A stretch of DNA of 64,000 nt from an uncultured Chloroflexia bacterium (GTDB lineage Bacteria; Chloroflexota; Chloroflexia; Thermomicrobiales; JALYUS01). Positions within the stretch are counted from its first letter, which is position 1. Each line of letters begins with the position of its first letter. Both the position numbers and the translations under genes were made by a program. Of this stretch, positions 59,635 through 64,000 are shown in pieces. The stretch lies in contig CAVXPY010000043.1 in NCBI GenBank assembly GCA_963763655.1, forward strand, positions 49,283-113,282, in the 5' to 3' direction. The notes beneath the pieces were generated by a model. The model saw nothing but the letters and a program-made list of their open reading frames with translations. It was not told the origin of the DNA and ran no database searches.

Positions 59635-60308
59635 ATGAGGGACGCGCGCGACGATCTCCTGGCTCCAAGAAACGCTTGCCGAGGCGTACGGCCCGCAGGC
59701 GGCATGGTGGCCGGCGGAATCGCCTTTCGAGGTCTGTGTCGGCGCGATCCTCGTGCAGAACACGACGTGGCAGCAGGTCGCGCGGGCGATTGCGAACCTC
59801 AAGCGCGGCGGGAGCGCTCGATCTCGCCGCGCTCTTCGCCCTCCCGCCGGACGACGATTGAAAACCTCGTGCGCCCGTCCGGCACCTTCCGCCAGAAAGC
59901 GCGGCGATTGGAAACGTTCTGCCGCCACGTCGTGACGCGCTGGGATGGCGATCTCGGCGCGATGCTCGCGCAGGATGGCGCGACCGCTCCGCGCGGAACT
60001 GCTCGGCATCTGGGGCATCGGCGAGGAGACGGCGGACGCGATCACGCTCTTCGCCGCGCATCAGCCCGCCTTCATCGTGGATGCCTACACGACGCGGATC
60101 GTCCGGCGGTTGGGCCTGGTGTCGGAGGATGGCACGCGGCACGATGTCCGCGCCCGTTTCACGGATGCGTTACCCGCCGATGCGGGCGATGCGCGACATG
60201 CACGCCCTCCTCGTCACTCATGCAAAGACACATTGCCGCGCCACGCCACTCTGTGTGGGCTGTCCGCTCGCTGACCGTTGCGCCTATTGGAAGGAGCATG
60301 CCGCATGA
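59635..60308 (+). CDS. HhH-GPD superfamily DNA glycosylase (endonuclease III-like); at least 4 apparent frameshifts
   Basis: 'WWPAESPFEVCVGAILVQNTTWQQV', 'LLGIWGIGEETADAITLFAAHQPAFIVDAYTTRIVRRLGL' (HhH-GPD) and the C-terminal 4Fe-4S cluster cysteines 'CVGCPLADRC' lie in shifted frames. Confidence 0.6.
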
Positions 60309-61157
60309 GTACGGGAACCCTGACGACGTTTCGCTGCGCCTCGATCAGTGCAGTCGAGACGAACCACTCACTGCTCTGCGTCGGCCTCGATCCGGAACTG
60401 GCGACGATTGCCCGCCGCGCTTCAGGTCGCTGCCGGTTGCGGACGCGCTCACTACCTATCTCCACGGCATGATCGCGGCGACAGCGGACCTCGTCTGCTG
60501 CTACAAGCCGAACCTCGCCTTCTATCTCGCCCACGGTGCGGCGGGGTGGAATGTGCTGCTGCGGCCTCCGCGCCGCCATTCCGGCACATATCCCGATGCT
60601 CCTTGACGCGAAGTTCGGCGATGTCGGCTCGACGGCGGAGATGTACGCGCGCGCCGCCTTCGATGTCGTCGCGTGCGGACGCCGTGACGGTCAGTCCGTA
60701 CGTCGGTGGCGATGCGCTCGCGCCCTTCTTCGCCCGCGACGACCGCGCGGCGTTCGTCCTCTGTAAGACCTCCAATCCGGGCAGTGGCGATTTGCAGGAT
60801 GTCCCACTCGCAAATGGTGAGACGGTTTTCCTGCGCATCGCGGGGCGCATCCGGGAGTGGGGTGCGGCGCGCGGGAATGTCGGCGCGGTCGTCGGCGCGA
60901 CCTATCCGGCGCAGATGGCGGCGATGCGGGCGGCGCTCCCGGACGCCCCGCTCCTCGTGCCGGGCATCGGCGCGCAGGGCGGGGATCTCGTCGGTTCGGT
61001 GCGCGCGGGGATCGACGCGCGCGGCGCGGGCATCCTCGTCAGCGCGAGCCGGAGCGTCCTCTACGCTTCATCCGGCGACGACTACGCCGAGGCCGCGCGC
61101 GCCGAAGCGCTGCACCTGCGCGACGCGATCAATGCCGCCCGCGAGGGTGCCGCGTGA
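60305..61157 (+). CDS. pyrF: orotidine 5'-phosphate decarboxylase (type 2); at least 2 apparent frameshifts
   Basis: 'LCVGLDPE' and '[23 protein letters not shown]' lie in other frames. '[13 protein letters not shown]', '[16 protein letters not shown]' and '[13 protein letters not shown]' are in ORF 60348..61157. The start overlaps the upstream stop (ATGA). Confidence 0.7.
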
Positions 61158-62109
61158 CCGACGGCGGGGCGGTCACCTATGGGCCGTATGAGGAGCGCGA
61201 CCATGATGCGGTCGTTGCCCTTCTCAATCTGATCACCGACGATCTGGGGTCAACGGTGCTCGCGGTCGTGCAGGACAAGCCATCGCGCAGCGTCTACGTG
61301 GCGCGGGAAGGTGACCGCACCATCGGCGTGATCGTCCTCGCGCTGATCGCCTGGAGCGGCGACGCCCATCTCCGCTTCATCGCGGTCGATGCGGCCCATC
61401 GCGGTGCGGGCATCGGTGCCGCGCTCCTGCATTGGGCGCACGACACCGCCCTAGCCGCCGGGATGCGCCGCCTCTACGTCGATACCTCGCACGACAATGT
61501 CCGGGGGATGCAGTTCTATATCCGGCAAGGCTTTGTGCCGGAAGTCTGCCGGTTCGACTTCTATCGGCCCGGCTTGCATCAGGTGAATCTCTGGATGGAC
61601 TTGCCGAATAGCGCGGTCGGGCGCGTCGGCAGCGGTGGCAGCGGCGCAACGCGACGGGCTGATACTTCGATCACGATTGATCGCTACGGTGAGCGCGATC
61701 GTGATGTGGTTGTGGAGTTGATCGACGCGATTACTTGGCAAGGCTCGGGCCTCGGTGTGCTGGAGAATGCGCTCCGCAATCACGAGGAGTGGGACATCTT
61801 CGTCGCGCACGATGGCGATGCCCCGGTCGGTACGCTCCTCCTGCACATCACGCGCTGGAACGCTACCGCGCACATCGGGATGCTCTCCATCCTGCCGGAA
61901 TACCAGAGCAGAGGCGTGGGCGCGGCGTTGGTCGCGGCGGCGCGCGCCTACGCGCGGGACAGTCACTGCGGCGGTTCACGGTCGGCACAGGTCATCAGAA
62001 CTGGCGGGCGCAGCTTTTCTACCTGCGCAACGGCTTCGTCCCGGAAATTTGCCGCCACGACTTCGGCGGCCCCGGCGTCCATGAAATGCTACTCTGGCAA
62101 GACCTGTAG
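61154..62109 (+). CDS. tandem GNAT-domain acetyltransferase (two N-acetyltransferase domains); one apparent frameshift near 61975
   Basis: Domain 1 has 'IAVDAAHRGAGIGAALLHWA' and domain 2 has 'LSILPEYQSRGVGAALVAAA', each matching the GNAT acetyl-CoA motif A. The GTG start overlaps the pyrF stop. Confidence 0.65.
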
Positions 62110-63205
62110 GGCGCGATCAGACTCCGCATCTGCTTTGATGGCCTTCACATCGACATGTTCCCGCGCACCAGCAATCGCGGCTTCGACGTGCGCGCGGTCG
62201 GGGCCGACGAGGAAGAGATGCTCGTGGTTTCGTAGATGGGATACCTTGCCCGACTTTCTCGCCGCTCGGGTTGAAGATGCCGATCTGCGCGCCGACATAG
62301 CGTTTGAAGTCGAGCGCGACCGAGGCGACATACCCCCGCTCGCCGAGCATCGCCGCGATCTCGTCACGGGTGAAATACCCCTCGGAGTTGAATGAGACGA
62401 GGAGATATGGGGCACGAATCGAGCGCAAGAGATCTGCGAACGTTGCCCCTGCCTGTCGTTTCGAGTTGTACGCGCTTTTCTCGACGCGACAATCTTCCCG
62501 TTTCATTGCAATACCATAAGCGGGGGGCGCATCGTTGCGCACGAAGGTTTCCCAGATGTGATAGTTGCTGAAATACGAATGCTGATTATAGGGCGGATCG
62601 ATGTAGACGAGGTCGATAGCCGTATCGAGTTGACGCACCAGTGCGTTTGCGTCCATCCGTGTCACCGTGCCATCGCCCCGGAGCAGTTCAGGGAGGCGCA
62701 GTTCAAGCGGATTATAGGAGCGGGCGGACCACCCTTTGAGGTAGGCCATCTGGAGCCCCGTCGTTGAATCCACGCGATCCGCGGCCTCGATAAGCGAGGT
62801 AAGGAGGATTGCGTGCTCGGTCTCGTTCGTCGCGAGGGCGTCAATGCCCCTACGAATGGCATCCATTTTCCTGCCATTGAATGGCTGAAAATAGCGCGCA
62901 TCTTCGCAGAAGGTCTTGGTGAAGTAGCCATGCACAGGCGGCAGCGCCATCAGTTCGGCCAGCAGTCGCCGTATCCGCGCTTCATCCACGGTGCGGGCAT
63001 CTGTCGCGATATAGGTCTTGCCGAAGACTTCGCTGTAGGTCGCGAGGTCATTACTCTGTACCCAGAGACCGGATGATTTGAACGCCTGACCGATGCGGGT
63101 CGTCCCGGCGAAGATGTCGCACACCCGCCGGACTTCGGGTATCTGTCGCACAATATCAGTGATTATGGGTGCCAGTGTTCGCTTGGAGCCAATGTATTTA
63201 ATCAT
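62089..63205 (-). CDS. Dam-family (D12-class) N6-adenine DNA methyltransferase, no adjacent restriction enzyme; one apparent frameshift near 62220
   Basis: 'MIKYIGSKRTL' is motif I. 'IFAGTTRIG' and the catalytic 'LVYIDPPYN' motif IV are present. The C-terminal ~40 aa are in ORF 62089..62415. The upstream region runs into family-A element 5. Confidence 0.7.
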
Positions 63206-63220
63206 GGCGCGGCAGGGGAA

Positions 63221-63353
63221 CCTCTCCCCCGGCCCCTCCCCTAAAGAGGGAGGGGTGACTCGCTGCAAGTACCGAGGCGTTCTTGATATGCCGTGACCTA
63301 GCGAAGGTCGCTCCCCCTCTCCACGCAGATGGAGAGGGGGTTGGGGGGTGAGG
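63221..63353. repeat. family-A hairpin element, copy 5 (bipartite, each half itself a hairpin)
   Basis: cctctcccccggcccctcccctaaagagggaggggtgac ... ctccccctctccacgcagatggagagggggttggggggtgagg. Confidence 0.6.
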
Positions 63354-63438
63354 TTCCCCCAATCCGCCGCGTGCTGCTACACTGAAGGGTACCGGGGGCG
63401 GTGTGCATCCGGCCAAATGATGCGCAGGAGGGACGGGA

Positions 63439-63678
63439 ATGGCTGAATACATCGTGCGGCTCTACTTTAAGGGTGGCATGACGATGGACGTACCGATCAC
63501 GCTGGCGGAGGACGAGGAACCGGATCTGACCTGGTTCCTCGGCGAATCGAGCGATCCGGAAGAGCGCACCGCCGTACTCACCGAGGGGCAGTTCGCGTGG
63601 AAAGCCTCGGAGGTGCTCGCCGCCGAATGGTACGAGAATGAGAGCGCAACGGGCGGGGAATCCGACTCGGCGATGTAA
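63439..63678 (+). CDS. hypothetical small acidic protein (79 aa)
   Basis: An ORF with coding-like composition and no recognisable homology. Confidence 0.3.
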   Translation: MAEYIVRLYFKGGMTMDVPITLAEDEEPDLTWFLGESSDPEERTAVLTEGQFAWKASEVLAAEWYENESATGGESDSAM

Positions 63679-63759
63679 CGCAACCCCGATCGCGCAAGCA
63701 CTGATACGAATGACGGCGGCCGCGAAGCCGCCGTCATTGCATGAGGGGCGCTCGCCGGT

Positions 63760-64000
63760 CTAATCGTCCCCAGTGCTCGCCTCAAGGACCTGATCGGTCT
63801 GCGGTGGGACGCTCTCGGTCGTCAGACGGGCAAGCCGTGTCCAGGCGAGTTGCCGCCGTGCTTCCATCAAAGCGTCGTACTCATCGACCGGCAGGATCGC
63901 GACCTGTGGCCTGCCATGCGCGGCGACGATCACCGCGTGCTTGCCATTGCGCACCTGATCGATGACGGCACCGATGTTGCGTTGGAACTCTGTCGACGAA
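63760..64000 (-). CDS. Phd/YefM-family antitoxin-like protein (N-terminus beyond the window end)
   Basis: 'KHAVIVAAHGRPQVAILPVDEYDALMEARRQLAW' matches the Phd/YefM fold. No toxin gene is visible inside the window. Confidence 0.5.
   Translation of the reverse strand, partial: SSTEFQRNIGAVIDQVRNGKHAVIVAAHGRPQVAILPVDEYDALMEARRQLAWTRLARLTTESVPPQTDQVLEASTGDD

Overview
This is a high-GC (~67%) bacterial chromosomal segment; the gene content and repeat style suggest a Chloroflexi-like high-GC lineage, but that cannot be proven from the sequence alone. The core of the window is the rpoB-rpoC operon (33040-41118) with a ~540 bp leader, followed by thrS and a tRNA-Val(GAC). Other recognisable genes are an EF-G paralogue, purA, fabZ, coaX, hom, cdd, panE, pyrF, coaBC, HU, a divergent FtsH-like protease, an ECF41-type sigma factor and a PAS/GAF histidine kinase. 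There is also a psp-like envelope-stress locus (hypothetical protein, PspA, SPFH/zinc-ribbon protein) and a glycan-assembly cluster (three GT9 heptosyltransferase-like genes, one GT4, one GT87/DUF2029). Many clearly recognisable genes, including rpoB, rpoC, thrS and hom, are broken by several frameshifts each, while neighbouring genes are intact. This is most simply explained by consensus indel errors rather than gene decay, so the CDS coordinates give the reconstructed gene span. Three things stand out beyond ordinary annotation. First, a redoxin gene has a single in-frame TGA exactly at the first Cys of its CxxC motif, making it a selenoprotein candidate. Second, tandem heptanucleotide arrays recur at gene boundaries, often as inverted pairs and often carrying the stop codon. 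Third, two related families of G/C-rich hairpin (REP/MITE-like) elements occur in about ten copies. Several lower-GC islets carry toxin-antitoxin-like or defence-like small genes: a DUF4258-like plus HTH pair, tandem Uma2 paralogues next to the tRNA, an orphan HicB, an orphan Dam-family methyltransferase and a partial Phd/YefM gene.
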